A stretch of DNA of 64,000 nt from Patescibacteria group bacterium (GTDB taxonomy: Bacteria > Patescibacteriota > Patescibacteriia > UBA9934), in contig JBAYHI010000003.1 of assembly GCA_041666205.1 (NCBI GenBank), positions 13,215 through 77,214 on the forward strand. Direction: 5' to 3'. Made by a program: the position numbers and the translations under genes. A model generated the notes under the pieces. The model was given only the letters and a program-made list of their open reading frames with translations, was not told where the DNA came from and searched no databases. Positions 21,801 through 28,968 of this stretch are shown here, in pieces. Positions within the stretch are counted from its first letter, which is position 1, and each line of letters begins with the position of its first letter.

Positions 21801-21864
21801 CCTTGATTTCCAAAGTGCGTTTGAAAAATCAGCCATGAAATTGCGGAGCGCAATTGTTCGATAA
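15832..21864 (+). CDS. Giant secreted/surface repeat protein (2010 aa): signal peptide, three Gly-rich beta-helix-like repeats, three Fn3/Ig-like repeats, C-terminal domain
   Basis: N-terminal signal 'FFVALSLILGIGLFAYADSASA'. Tandem DNA repeats with about 940-bp period (16.27-18.65 kb) and about 720-bp period (18.66-20.82 kb), with high nucleotide identity between units. Confidence 0.85.
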   Translation: MLNMNRRFFAPKYFFVALSLILGIGLFAYADSASAAAISWDSGGANNDWETVENWSGDAVPTDADDVTIDYAETIAINATTTVNSLTVGGTNATVLNFDYDAITGGALIIDAGNLTVAANGTITHTGGSTSSVLATVFIDVQTGDATITGTVNVDGKGYAKGYGTGKGTGFGGGGYGGEGSAGNGGTGGTTYGSITAPTDLGSGGSGSCNGGAGAGSVKLLVAGGLTVAGSISATGATSNEWCASPGSGGSIYLDAGTFAGAGTVDVNGGAYSYFNAGQGGGGRLAIYYDTNTYSGTPTAYGGYDASNGYYAGAGTVYIKDNADTYGSLTVDNNSHDMTTDDRYLGKTNLSSTATYKNLTISNDGHIDLISGATITVDSTFTWTGGNVTDSGGVLATITSGDVVVPAGSYFYANTARTGAGALTSLTINGVLTHSTNSTLTSYVLDVETTGATDIATGGSVNVAARGLQRGYGTGAASGDRSGAGYGGEGGTGYTLAGGGTTYGSITAPTSLGSGGFSGCASGNGGGAIKLTVGGTLTVTGSITASGGASGEWCGGGGSGGSIYLDTGTITGAGAITSAGGAATTADAGNGGGGRIAIYYDASTYSGTPTAYGGYFSTNYFGGAGTIYIKDNADTYGSLTVDNNSRDITTDDRYYGKTNLSSTATYKNITISNDGHIDLISGATITVDSTLTWTGGNITDSGGVLSSVNSGDVVIPANARFLANTTRSVTSLTVNGTMTHSKNTTVETHKINYTTSADVTIGASGTINVTQQGFIGGYGDGHGHDAGAYGSGGGYGGVGGDTADGGDTGGITYGSETAPSNLGSGGMGEGASNLGSSGGGAVKLSVGGNLSIGGTIVANGGSDYSGWFLNYGGGSGGSIWLAVSGAISGGGNVSAQGSSAQSAGAGAGGGGRIAMTAASSTWSGSASVIAGTTGYAGGVGTVYDNYAPTAGNPSNTFATDGTGEMLVSLVVDDPDDETLSLKVEYSMDGGGTWEDPTLSETLGDTTASFGTPATENDNAYQISSVITSSGANTIAFVWNSKTDEPTGDVTNAKIRVTVNDGGMDGTPATSTNTTLDNAAPTGLADLAVTAYPSTSLSLSWTAATSESHFDHYELWYGSNSSDVNNRTGSATEWDNADDGALATMSTTSTTITGLSQNVTYYVKIWAVDDYTNEATLVAISQKTNGLPTAATVTPTFATDGTGRTTVTVIIDDADDQTSSFKVEYSTNGGGAWADPTLSTTAEDLSGTFGTPALNNASTYQISNVTTASGANTISFVWNSGTDVPTADVSNALIRITPYDGAEAGSGVNSASFSMDNADPSGMAGLGVGSYASDEVVMTWTAVSSETNFDHYELWYGTNSSDVDNRTGTATEWDNSDDATLATMTTATTTIPSLVANTTYYIKVWAVDDYGNEATLASSTQKTNAIVTATTPTATVATDGTGEVTVVTTIDDADDEDSRFLVEYSIDGGGTYAKATLSETDVDTTATYGDPDVANVNSYQVGNASGYVTTASGANAVTFIWNSHTDVPTADVTNAKIRVTPNDQIEDGTAMPSANFTLDNAHPQALADFVVSAKSATSVTLTWTAATDTHFSHYEIWYGEDSGDVDGRTGTATEWDNSDDAALATATTATTRILPLESATTYFFKIFAVDDYTNETTQAATSVKTSSRGSTASRPTPAPDLTNLTVSQDDGTTTASLMEEKWTSVNWLSLGAVPNVNVYYSVDEGVNWLKFVGPIANRDNIGFVMPAGLGTTFMLRVIGTDLAVNLDTETTGILTLIPRPMTVEPEAPSVVYKPVEPIYPTDPWLGVPDLNPEWPQETAPFIPPVKETPTVIPGQSPIITYTEPEAISPVTGLEEPVSDVQPGDYIKSPSFPTVYYVTEDLARKPFADAQTYFTYEASFDRIKVVTDATLTLLNLSGPMLPKPSTVLVKIQSDPKVYVVSENPENPYRPILRWLSSEELATTLYGAHWSDYVIDVPVTLFARFEIGNAIGLLDFQSAFEKSAMKLRSAIVR

Positions 21865-21876
21865 TTGCGTGATATT

Positions 21877-21924
21877 GTAGGGGTCGGGTTCCCCGACCCG
21901 TTGGGCGGGGAAACCCCGCCCGTA
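21877..21924 (+). repeat. REP-like pair: 'gtaggggtcgggttccccgacccg' plus 'gggcggggaaaccccgccc'
   Basis: Near-identical pair recurs at 62965..63016. Confidence 0.75.
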
Positions 21925-21940
21925 TGGCGTACGATAAAAT

Positions 21941-21986
21941 AAAAAACCCTCCCGAAGCTCCGAAGGAGCGAAGGAGGGTTTTTTAT
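21941..21986. terminator. Bidirectional intrinsic terminator between the giant gene and rpmA
   Basis: 'aaaaaaccctcccgaagctccgaaggagcgaaggagggttttttattt': stem ccctcc/ggaggg flanked by an A-run and a T-run. Confidence 0.7.
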
Positions 21987-21990
21987 TTGA

Positions 21991-22272
21991 TTAAACCGCT
22001 TTGATAATTTCGACGAGCGTTTTCATGAACAGAGCGCCGTGGAAATTTGGAAGTTTTTTTTGTTTGAATTTGACCGTGCCGTTGACTGCGGCGTAGAGGG
22101 TATCGTCTTTTGCGCGGAGCACGTTTTTGCCTGGACGATATTTCGTGCCACGCTGTTTGATGATGATTTCGCCAGCACGCACAAGTTCGCCATCCGTCTT
22201 TTTCAGACCTAAGCGTTTTGCCACGGAATCGCGGCCATTACTGGTAGAACCTTGGGCTTTTTTGTGTGCCAT
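21991..22272 (-). CDS. rpmA: 50S ribosomal protein L27
   Basis: '[51 protein letters not shown]' is the L27 signature. ATG at 22272 is chosen over the longer ORF. Confidence 0.92.
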   Translation of the reverse strand: MAHKKAQGSTSNGRDSVAKRLGLKKTDGELVRAGEIIIKQRGTKYRPGKNVLRAKDDTLYAAVNGTVKFKQKKLPNFHGALFMKTLVEIIKAV

Positions 22273-22421
22273 AGGGCGATAATTTTTAGAACGTCTTTTG
22301 ACGTGAACGGGTGAAATTGTACCCAAATGAGCCAAAAACGTCAAGTGGAATGGGGATTGTGGATGAGGTACGTCTGGAGGGAGGCGAAAAAAGGAGTATA
22401 CTAGCCCTATAACCTCAATGC

Positions 22422-22817
22422 ATGCGTAAGGGATTTCAGCAGTTTTTTTCGGCGTTTTCGCACCTTCGCCATGAGCGATTTGTGCAACAAACCACAGGGC
22501 TCGTATTCCTGTTTATCGCCCTTTCTCTTGGATTTTTGTTCTGGAAATTGTGGCCAGACATGGCTTCACAGCCCTCGGTTCCACTTCATTATAATATCCA
22601 CTTTGGCACAGATCGGGTGGGGGCGTGGTACAATCTTTTCGTTTGCCCGGCTTGGATGCTTGTGATGTACATCGTAAACGCAGTCACATCGCTTGTGGTT
22701 TGGAAAAAAGATCATACGCTTTCCTTTTTCTTGTTTGGCACGAGCGCGATTGTGAGCGCAATTCTCTTTATTGCACTCATCTTTATTGTTCTTCTAAATA
22801 TGACCTACTATGGTTGA
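22422..22817 (+). CDS. Small membrane protein (3-4 TM), hypothetical
   Basis: Hydrophobic 131-aa ORF immediately upstream of mraY, overlapping it by 8 nt. Confidence 0.5.
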   Translation: MRKGFQQFFSAFSHLRHERFVQQTTGLVFLFIALSLGFLFWKLWPDMASQPSVPLHYNIHFGTDRVGAWYNLFVCPAWMLVMYIVNAVTSLVVWKKDHTLSFFLFGTSAIVSAILFIALIFIVLLNMTYYG

Positions 22818-23862
22818 TACGTTTCTTGTTGTGAAAATCCTCGTGCTGGCAACGCTCGCGTTTTTAGTGACCATTGCCTGGACGCCAGCGCTTACGCATT
22901 TTTTGTATAAATATCGCCTTGGAAAATCCTTGCGTGAAAAAAAGCAGGCACCCACGTATCACGCCATGCACAAGAATAAGGAAGGTACTCCCACGATGGG
23001 AGGCGTGCTGATTTGGATGACCACGCTAGGAATCGCCGGCCTTTTTGCGCTTTGTTCTTATCTTGCGCCGGAATCATTTTTAGGACAGCTGAATTTTTTC
23101 TCGCGCGGGCAAACATGGCTGCCGTTATTTGCACTTGTTTCCGCCGGTTGCATTGGACTCTTGGATGATTTTTTAAATGTACGTCGCATTGGGCGCAATG
23201 GCGGTGGGATTGATATTCGTCAGCGTCTTTTGCTATACGCGGCCGTCGCTGTTGTTGGTGCACTGTGGTTTTATTTCAAATTGGATTGGGACGTTTTACA
23301 TGTGCCATTTTTTGGCGATTTCAATATCGGCTGGTGGTATATCCCGCTTTTCATTGGCGTCGTGGTTGCCACGTCGTTTTCTGTGAATCAAACCGATGGG
23401 CTCGATGGACTTGCGGGTGGGACATTGGTTTCTTCGTTTGCAGCGCTTGCGGTGATTTCATTCCTTCAAGAGCGTTACGATTTGGCTGCGTTTTGTGCAG
23501 TGATTATTGGGGCGCTTGTGGCATTCCTCTGGTTTAATATTTATCCGGCCCGATTTTTTATGGGAGATACCGGAGCCATGTCGATGGGGGTCACGCTCGC
23601 CATCATTGCGCTTCTCACAAATACGGCGCTCTTCTTGCCAGTGATTGGGATTATTTTCGTTATCGAAGCCATTACGACCATTATTCAACTGATTTCGAAA
23701 AGAGTGTTTCATCGCAAAGTATTTTTGGTGGCACCCATTCATCATCATTTCGAAGCGCAAGGGTGGCCGGAGCCAAAAGTGGTGATGCGATTTTGGGTGA
23801 TCTCGTGGGTTGCAGCAGGCCTTGGAATTATTATGGTGCTCGTAGACATGGCCATTGTCTAG
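22810..23862 (+). CDS. mraY: Phospho-N-acetylmuramoyl-pentapeptide transferase
   Basis: 'DDFLNVRR', 'NQTDGLDGLAGG', 'GDTGAMSMG' and 'VAPIHHHFE' are MraY hallmarks. Confidence 0.95.
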   Translation: MVDTFLVVKILVLATLAFLVTIAWTPALTHFLYKYRLGKSLREKKQAPTYHAMHKNKEGTPTMGGVLIWMTTLGIAGLFALCSYLAPESFLGQLNFFSRGQTWLPLFALVSAGCIGLLDDFLNVRRIGRNGGGIDIRQRLLLYAAVAVVGALWFYFKLDWDVLHVPFFGDFNIGWWYIPLFIGVVVATSFSVNQTDGLDGLAGGTLVSSFAALAVISFLQERYDLAAFCAVIIGALVAFLWFNIYPARFFMGDTGAMSMGVTLAIIALLTNTALFLPVIGIIFVIEAITTIIQLISKRVFHRKVFLVAPIHHHFEAQGWPEPKVVMRFWVISWVAAGLGIIMVLVDMAIV

Positions 23863-23863
23863 T

Positions 23864-24982
23864 ATGCCACGCGGAAGATTCAAAGGAATCGATCTTCCGT
23901 TTCTGTTTCTTTTTTTGGGCATTCTGTTTTTTGGATTTCTTGTTTTGACATCTGCGTCTGGACCCGATGCCTACTCGCAATACGGCGATAGCTATTATTA
24001 CATCAAACATCAGCTCCTTTCTGGACTTCTTCCTGGAGCGGTCGCATTTTTGGTGGGACTTCTCGTACCCTATCAGCTTTGGAAGAGGTTGGCTCCTGTT
24101 ATTTTACTGGGAACCATTGTTCTTCTGGTGCTGGTTTTTATCCCGGGCATTGGGCAAGACTATGGCACGTCCGCAAAAAGTTGGGTGAGCATTGCAGGGA
24201 TCGGGTTTCAGCCTGCAGAACTCGCAAAAGTCGGATTCCTCCTTTATATCGCGTCTTGGCTTTCCTCTCGACGTGAAGCGGTCGCAGATTTCAAAGAAGG
24301 ACTATTGCCATTCATCGGACTTCTTTCGATCGTCGGGGCACTCATCTTTTTCCAGCCGGATTTGGGAACACTCTCGATTATTGTTGCGATGGCATTCCTT
24401 ATGTATTTTTCTGCCGGTGGTCGCACACATTATCTTGTGGCGCTTGGAGCTGGGGGGATTGCGCTCTTCATTCTCGCGGTAAAGTTGTCGCCGTATCGAT
24501 TGGAGCGTTTTACAACATTTTTACATCCAGAGCTCGACCCGCAAGGGATTGGGTATCAAATAAACCAAGCGCTCTTGGCAATTGGTTCGGGCGGATTTTT
24601 TGGGCGAGGCTACGGGCATTCACTCCAAAAGTATCAATATCTTCCCGAGGTCATTGGAGACTCCGTATTTGCGGTGATGGCGGAAGAATTCGGATTCCTC
24701 ATGACCACGGCGTTCATCGTTGCATTTGTTTTTTTTATTCTGCGCGGACTGCGTATTGCCGATCATGCACCTGATGATTTTTCAAAATACGTCTGTATTG
24801 GTGTGATGGCTTGGTTTGGGGTGCAGGCATTTGTAAATATTGGTTCGATGGTGGGAATCATGCCAATGACCGGCGTGCCACTCCCATTTGTGAGCTATGG
24901 CGGAACCTCGCTTATTGTGTCCTTGTTTGCAGTTGGTATGATGGTACATATCTCCTCACACGCTTCCTATGGACGAACATAA
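23864..24982 (+). CDS. ftsW: SEDS-family peptidoglycan glycosyltransferase FtsW/RodA
   Basis: 'GIGYQINQALLAIGSGGFFGRGYGHS...LPEVIGDSVFAVMAEEFGF' SEDS motifs. ATG at 23864; the track start at 23855 is TTG. Confidence 0.9.
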   Translation: MPRGRFKGIDLPFLFLFLGILFFGFLVLTSASGPDAYSQYGDSYYYIKHQLLSGLLPGAVAFLVGLLVPYQLWKRLAPVILLGTIVLLVLVFIPGIGQDYGTSAKSWVSIAGIGFQPAELAKVGFLLYIASWLSSRREAVADFKEGLLPFIGLLSIVGALIFFQPDLGTLSIIVAMAFLMYFSAGGRTHYLVALGAGGIALFILAVKLSPYRLERFTTFLHPELDPQGIGYQINQALLAIGSGGFFGRGYGHSLQKYQYLPEVIGDSVFAVMAEEFGFLMTTAFIVAFVFFILRGLRIADHAPDDFSKYVCIGVMAWFGVQAFVNIGSMVGIMPMTGVPLPFVSYGGTSLIVSLFAVGMMVHISSHASYGRT

Positions 24983-26045
24983 ATCAACGCATGTTTTGAT
25001 GACGGGTGGCGGCACATTGGGGCCTGTGACGCCCTTGCTTGCAATTGTAGAAGCGTGGCGACGCATTGATCCTGGCGTGCGCGTAACGTGGATTGGAACG
25101 CCTCATGGACCGGAAGCCGAACTTCTAGATGAATTGCATATCCCGTTCATTCCCATGGCGAGCGCAAAATTTGATCGCGCGCGTTTGTGGACCTTGCCGT
25201 GGAACGCGGTGGTGTTTGTGTGGAGTTGTGCACGTGCATATACGCTTCTTAAGCATCTGCAGCCCAATATGATTTTTACGGCAGGCGGATATGTGAGCGT
25301 GCCGCTCGTCATTGTGGGACGACTCATGAAAATTCCTGCATGGGTGCATCAACTCGATGTGCGTCCAGGGCTCGCAAATAAACTCATGGCCCCATTTGCC
25401 AAACGTGTGAGTGTTACGTGGGAACGCACGGCAAAATATTTTTCCGCAAAAAAGACGATCGTGGTTGGAGGGATGGAACGATCTGGTTTGCGTATTGGCG
25501 ACGGGAATGCTCTGTTGCAATCTCTGGGTATGTCTCCAGCGTGTCCAACGATTTTGGTGATGGGCGGCGGCACAGGCGCACGTACGATCAACGAAACGAT
25601 TCGCGCAATCATTCCTGAGTTGCCTGAGGTGAATGTGATCCACCTCACGGGAAAAGGGAAAAATTCCGGCGTTGGGGCACCTGGTGCGCATCATCATTAT
25701 TTTGCAACGGAATTTTTCACCCATGAAATGGGCGACGCCTATGCCGCCGCCGACGTGGTTGTGGCGCGTGCGGGCATGGGCACGATTTTGGAAGTTGCGG
25801 CACTCGGGAAGCCCACGATTTTTATTCCGATTGAAAATTCAGATCAGCTGGCAAATGCAAAAATGCTTTATAATCTGAATGCAGCGATCATTATCGACCA
25901 TCTGACCCCGCAACTCTTACGCCAAGAAATCGATCGTCTGCTCAAGGATGGATTATTGCGTCGACGGCTTTCGCAAAATATTTCGAACATATTTCCCTTT
26001 GGGGCAGAAGAAAGGATCGTTGAAGAGGCGAGAAAGATCATTTAA
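24969..26045 (+). CDS. murG: Undecaprenyldiphospho-muramoylpentapeptide beta-N-acetylglucosaminyltransferase
   Basis: 'LMTGGGTLGPVTPLLAI' G-loop, GT28 architecture and position in the cell-wall synthesis cluster. Confidence 0.9.
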   Translation: MDEHKSTHVLMTGGGTLGPVTPLLAIVEAWRRIDPGVRVTWIGTPHGPEAELLDELHIPFIPMASAKFDRARLWTLPWNAVVFVWSCARAYTLLKHLQPNMIFTAGGYVSVPLVIVGRLMKIPAWVHQLDVRPGLANKLMAPFAKRVSVTWERTAKYFSAKKTIVVGGMERSGLRIGDGNALLQSLGMSPACPTILVMGGGTGARTINETIRAIIPELPEVNVIHLTGKGKNSGVGAPGAHHHYFATEFFTHEMGDAYAAADVVVARAGMGTILEVAALGKPTIFIPIENSDQLANAKMLYNLNAAIIIDHLTPQLLRQEIDRLLKDGLLRRRLSQNISNIFPFGAEERIVEEARKII

Positions 26046-26050
26046 TCGCC

Positions 26051-26074
26051 GTAGGGACGTTGCGTGCAACGTCC
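26051..26074 (+). repeat. REP-like element 'gtagggacgttgcgtgcaacgtcc' preceded by 'cgcc'
   Basis: The 'cgccgtagg' leader is shared with 62961. Arms 'agggacgttgc/gcaacgtccct' recur at 63029..63086. Confidence 0.6.
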
Positions 26075-26129
26075 ATTCGTTAAAAAGAAGCGCCGGGAAG
26101 CGAGTGGCGCTTCTCGGCGAAGGGGAGGG

Positions 26130-26519
26130 CTAGGCAGCGATGGGGCAGAGAACAAGCGCGCCCGCGCACCAGGAATCGACCTCGGAAAACCAGGCTCTTC
26201 TCCAGGCTTTTTCCGGGTCTTTCTCTTGTTCATCGTGAACGAAACAGAGGAAATCGTCTTGACCATTCCTCATATTAGTCACGAGAATGTGAACGCCACG
26301 AAAAGGCGGTTCTGCTTTCGGCTTGCCCTTTGTTGGCTTTGCCTTGAGACCTCTTTCGAGAGCGTCGATGTCTCCTCTTGAGGCCACGGGGTCACGAATT
26401 CGTTTGAAGATCTCGGGTGCGGGGATCGTCTTTTCCTCAGGCTTGAGGAAACCGACCGCCACGAACTCGCGACCATCGTCGAGCATAAACGAAATACGGG
26501 TCTCGGAATGGGGGGTCAT
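26130..26519 (-). CDS. Hypothetical protein (GC about 58%), SD-led, immediately downstream of the RAYT transposase
   Basis: ATG at 26519 preceded by AGGAG with 5-nt spacing. The overlapping + strand ORF looks like antisense. Confidence 0.5.
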   Translation of the reverse strand: MTPHSETRISFMLDDGREFVAVGFLKPEEKTIPAPEIFKRIRDPVASRGDIDALERGLKAKPTKGKPKAEPPFRGVHILVTNMRNGQDDFLCFVHDEQEKDPEKAWRRAWFSEVDSWCAGALVLCPIAA

Positions 26520-26577
26520 GTGAACTCCTATCTGTGCAGAAGGGTTTTTCTAACATATCAGTCCGGCAAAGATAAGG

Positions 26578-27099
26578 TCAAGGTTTGCGGTGATTATGTG
26601 GGTTTTGCTGGATGTATTCGCGGACCCGGTCGAGATCACGCGGGGAACGAATGACGTGTTCGTAATAACCCCGTTGCCAAAAGGATTTTTTGAATTTCGG
26701 CCAATACCCGGCATACACGCCTCGAATATATTCATTTGTGGTTTTTGTTTTGAAAAAATTAATCATATCCGCCAATGATTTCGATTCTGTAGGGGCGGCC
26801 CAATGTGGCCGCCCGTTTGCAATTTGAATGATGCCATGGAAATGATCGGGCATAATGATAAATTCATCCAATCGCGTATTTGCAAAATGATCCGGGATTT
26901 GATTCCAAATGTTTTGAATCATATCCCTGGCCTGGGATAAACGCATTTCTTGCGGGCGGCCACATTGGGCCGCCCCTACGGTAAATAATTTCTGGCGACG
27001 ATACAAACAAATCGTCACAAAATAATATCCCTCCTGCGCATAATCATATTGCGGCAAACGGATCGATCTCCGAACAGGCAAATGCGAATTTCCTAACAT
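26578..27099 (-). mobile_element. IS200/IS605-family Y1 tyrosine transposase (REP-associated tyrosine transposase, RAYT-like)
   Basis: HuH motif 'MPDHFHGIIQI' and catalytic-Tyr region 'FWQRGYYEHVIRSPRDLDRVREYIQQNP'. N-terminal 'RRSIRLPQYDYAQEGYYFVTIC' is typical of this family. Carries two copies of a GTAG hairpin in inverted orientation inside the CDS. Confidence 0.85.
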
Positions 27100-27223
27100 A
27101 AATCCCCAAAATTATTTGGGGAGGTTTCATTTATTCATATTCGATTTTTTGGTTCCTGTCAATCCATTTATCCCCCAATGATCAAAATATGGCTTCAGGC
27201 CTTGATTTTCTTTCTAGAAAATG

Positions 27224-27232
27224 GTATAACGT
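27224..27232 (+). promoter_or_regulatory. Extended -10 promoter (TGgTATAAC) for tRNA-Lys
   Basis: Lies 25 nt upstream of the tRNA 5' end. Same TGnTATAAC form precedes tRNA-Gly (34589..34597). Confidence 0.45.
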
Positions 27233-27257
27233 CCCATGTTTCCAAGCCAAATATCAC

Positions 27258-27333
27258 GCGCTGGTAGCTCAGTCGGTAGAGCGAGGGCCTTTTAAGCCCG
27301 CGGTCGTGGGTTCGAATCCCACCCGGCGCACCA
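27258..27333 (+). tRNA. tRNA-Lys (anticodon TTT)
   Basis: Cloverleaf folds: acceptor gcgctgg/ccggcgc, anticodon loop cTTTTaa, T-arm gtgggTTCGAATcccac, 3' CCA encoded. Confidence 0.9.
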
Positions 27334-27424
27334 AAAATACCTGGATTTATTCCGGGTATTTTTGTATCTAAAAAAGAAGAACCCCACGCCGTGAGGTTCT
27401 CCTCTCGGGGTGGGGTAGGGATGT

Positions 27425-27727
27425 TCAGTAGGGCCACTCGTTCGGGAAGCCCAGCTCATCGAAGAGGCCTTGGATCACGTATCGAAGCCCGTCATCCATA
27501 TTGTTGAACGGGCCGAAGGATCCGAACATGGCTCGCGCATCACGATAGCTGTGAAACGCCAGAGTTCCGAAGGGCAACTCCAATATGATGGGGCGAGCCA
27601 GTGGGCTACAAGGCTCTCCTTCAACCATGAGTTGCTCATTGACTATTACTCGCGCCATGCACTCAATCTTTTGCATGCCTGTTATTGTTGCGATCGAGAA
27701 AGAGAACCTTTTTTCGGCGTATGCCAT
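27425..27727 (-). CDS. Hypothetical small protein
   Basis: 100-aa ORF; GC-rich hairpin terminators lie just after its 3' end (27335..27420). No motif recognised. Confidence 0.4.
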   Translation of the reverse strand: MAYAEKRFSFSIATITGMQKIECMARVIVNEQLMVEGEPCSPLARPIILELPFGTLAFHSYRDARAMFGSFGPFNNMDDGLRYVIQGLFDELGFPNEWPY

Positions 27728-27854
27728 TTATTCTCCAATCGCTCTTTTAAGAGCGGAAGGTTGTTTCAAGAACCCAGAAATCTACTCCAAAATTGTCGTT
27801 TTGTCAATAATTCCTCCACAAGGAAAAATCCCAAAAAACAGGTATAATGGCCCC

Positions 27855-28967
27855 ATGCGAATAGCAATGATTGGTCAAAAAGGAATCGAGCTTGGAAGCC
27901 GTGGGGGCGGGGTTGAGGTACATGTTGCACAAATTTCCTCTCGCCTCGTGAAAAAAGGTCACGACGTGACGATTTTTTGTCGCGCAAAATATAGTCCGAA
28001 AAAGCCGGGGGAATATCAAGGTGTTCATCTTCGGTATTTACCAACGATTTATACCAAACGCCTTGAGGCGATTGTCCACACGTTTTTTTCAACGCTTGCG
28101 GTTGTTGCAGGCTCGTTTGATGTTGTGCATTATCACGGTGTTGGACCGTCTACACTCGCATTTATTCCACGCATCTTTCGACCGCGCATGACCGTGGTTG
28201 TGACCTTCCATGCACGCGATATGCTCAATCGAAAATGGGGCTGGGGCGCACGACGACTTCTGGCATTTGCCGAGCGCACAGCGATTTGGTTTTCGCATTA
28301 TTGCATTGCTGTCTCGCATGATTTGCAGGTCTATTGTCGCGACGTGCTGCACCGCGAAGTTGTCTACATTCCAAATGGCGCCACGATTCAGGAAGAAACG
28401 GGCACAAATGAACTTGAAAAATTCGATCTCAGAGCACGAGAATATATTCTGACGGTTGGGCGGTTGGTTCCGGCAAAGGGCCTTCATTATCTTGTGGAGG
28501 CATTTCGTGGAATCGAAACGCAGCAACAACTCGTGATTGTTGGCGCGCCGAGTTATTCCGACGCCTATTTGGAATCGCTGTACGCCTTGGCCGAAGGCGA
28601 TGAGCGTATTCATTTTTTGGGATTTCAGACTGGCGAAACACTCCGCCAATTATTTGGCCATGCCTATTTGTATGTCCAACCATCCGAAGTTGAAGGGCTC
28701 CCACTCGTCGTGCTTGAAGCGATGAGCTTTGGCATTCCTCCGCTGGTTTCTGACATCGCCCCAAATCTCGAGGCAATCCACAATGGCGGATTTACATTTG
28801 AAACACAAAACGCCAATGATTTGCGCAAGCACCTGGTGGAGTTATTGGACCATCCTGATTTGGTTGCAGCGAAAAGTGCGCAAGCAAAAGAAATTATTCA
28901 AACCAAGTTTAACTGGGATGTGATTGCTGATCATACCGAGGCGATTTATATTTCGGCGCGGCACTAA
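27855..28967 (+). CDS. Glycosyltransferase family 4
   Basis: 'MRIAMIGQKG...GGGVEVHV' N-terminus and C-terminal 'EGLPLVVLEAMSFGIPPLVSD' (E-x7-E). TATAAT at 27843..27848 lies 6 nt before the ATG (leaderless-type). Confidence 0.85.
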   Translation: MRIAMIGQKGIELGSRGGGVEVHVAQISSRLVKKGHDVTIFCRAKYSPKKPGEYQGVHLRYLPTIYTKRLEAIVHTFFSTLAVVAGSFDVVHYHGVGPSTLAFIPRIFRPRMTVVVTFHARDMLNRKWGWGARRLLAFAERTAIWFSHYCIAVSHDLQVYCRDVLHREVVYIPNGATIQEETGTNELEKFDLRAREYILTVGRLVPAKGLHYLVEAFRGIETQQQLVIVGAPSYSDAYLESLYALAEGDERIHFLGFQTGETLRQLFGHAYLYVQPSEVEGLPLVVLEAMSFGIPPLVSDIAPNLEAIHNGGFTFETQNANDLRKHLVELLDHPDLVAAKSAQAKEIIQTKFNWDVIADHTEAIYISARH

Positions 28968-28968
28968 T

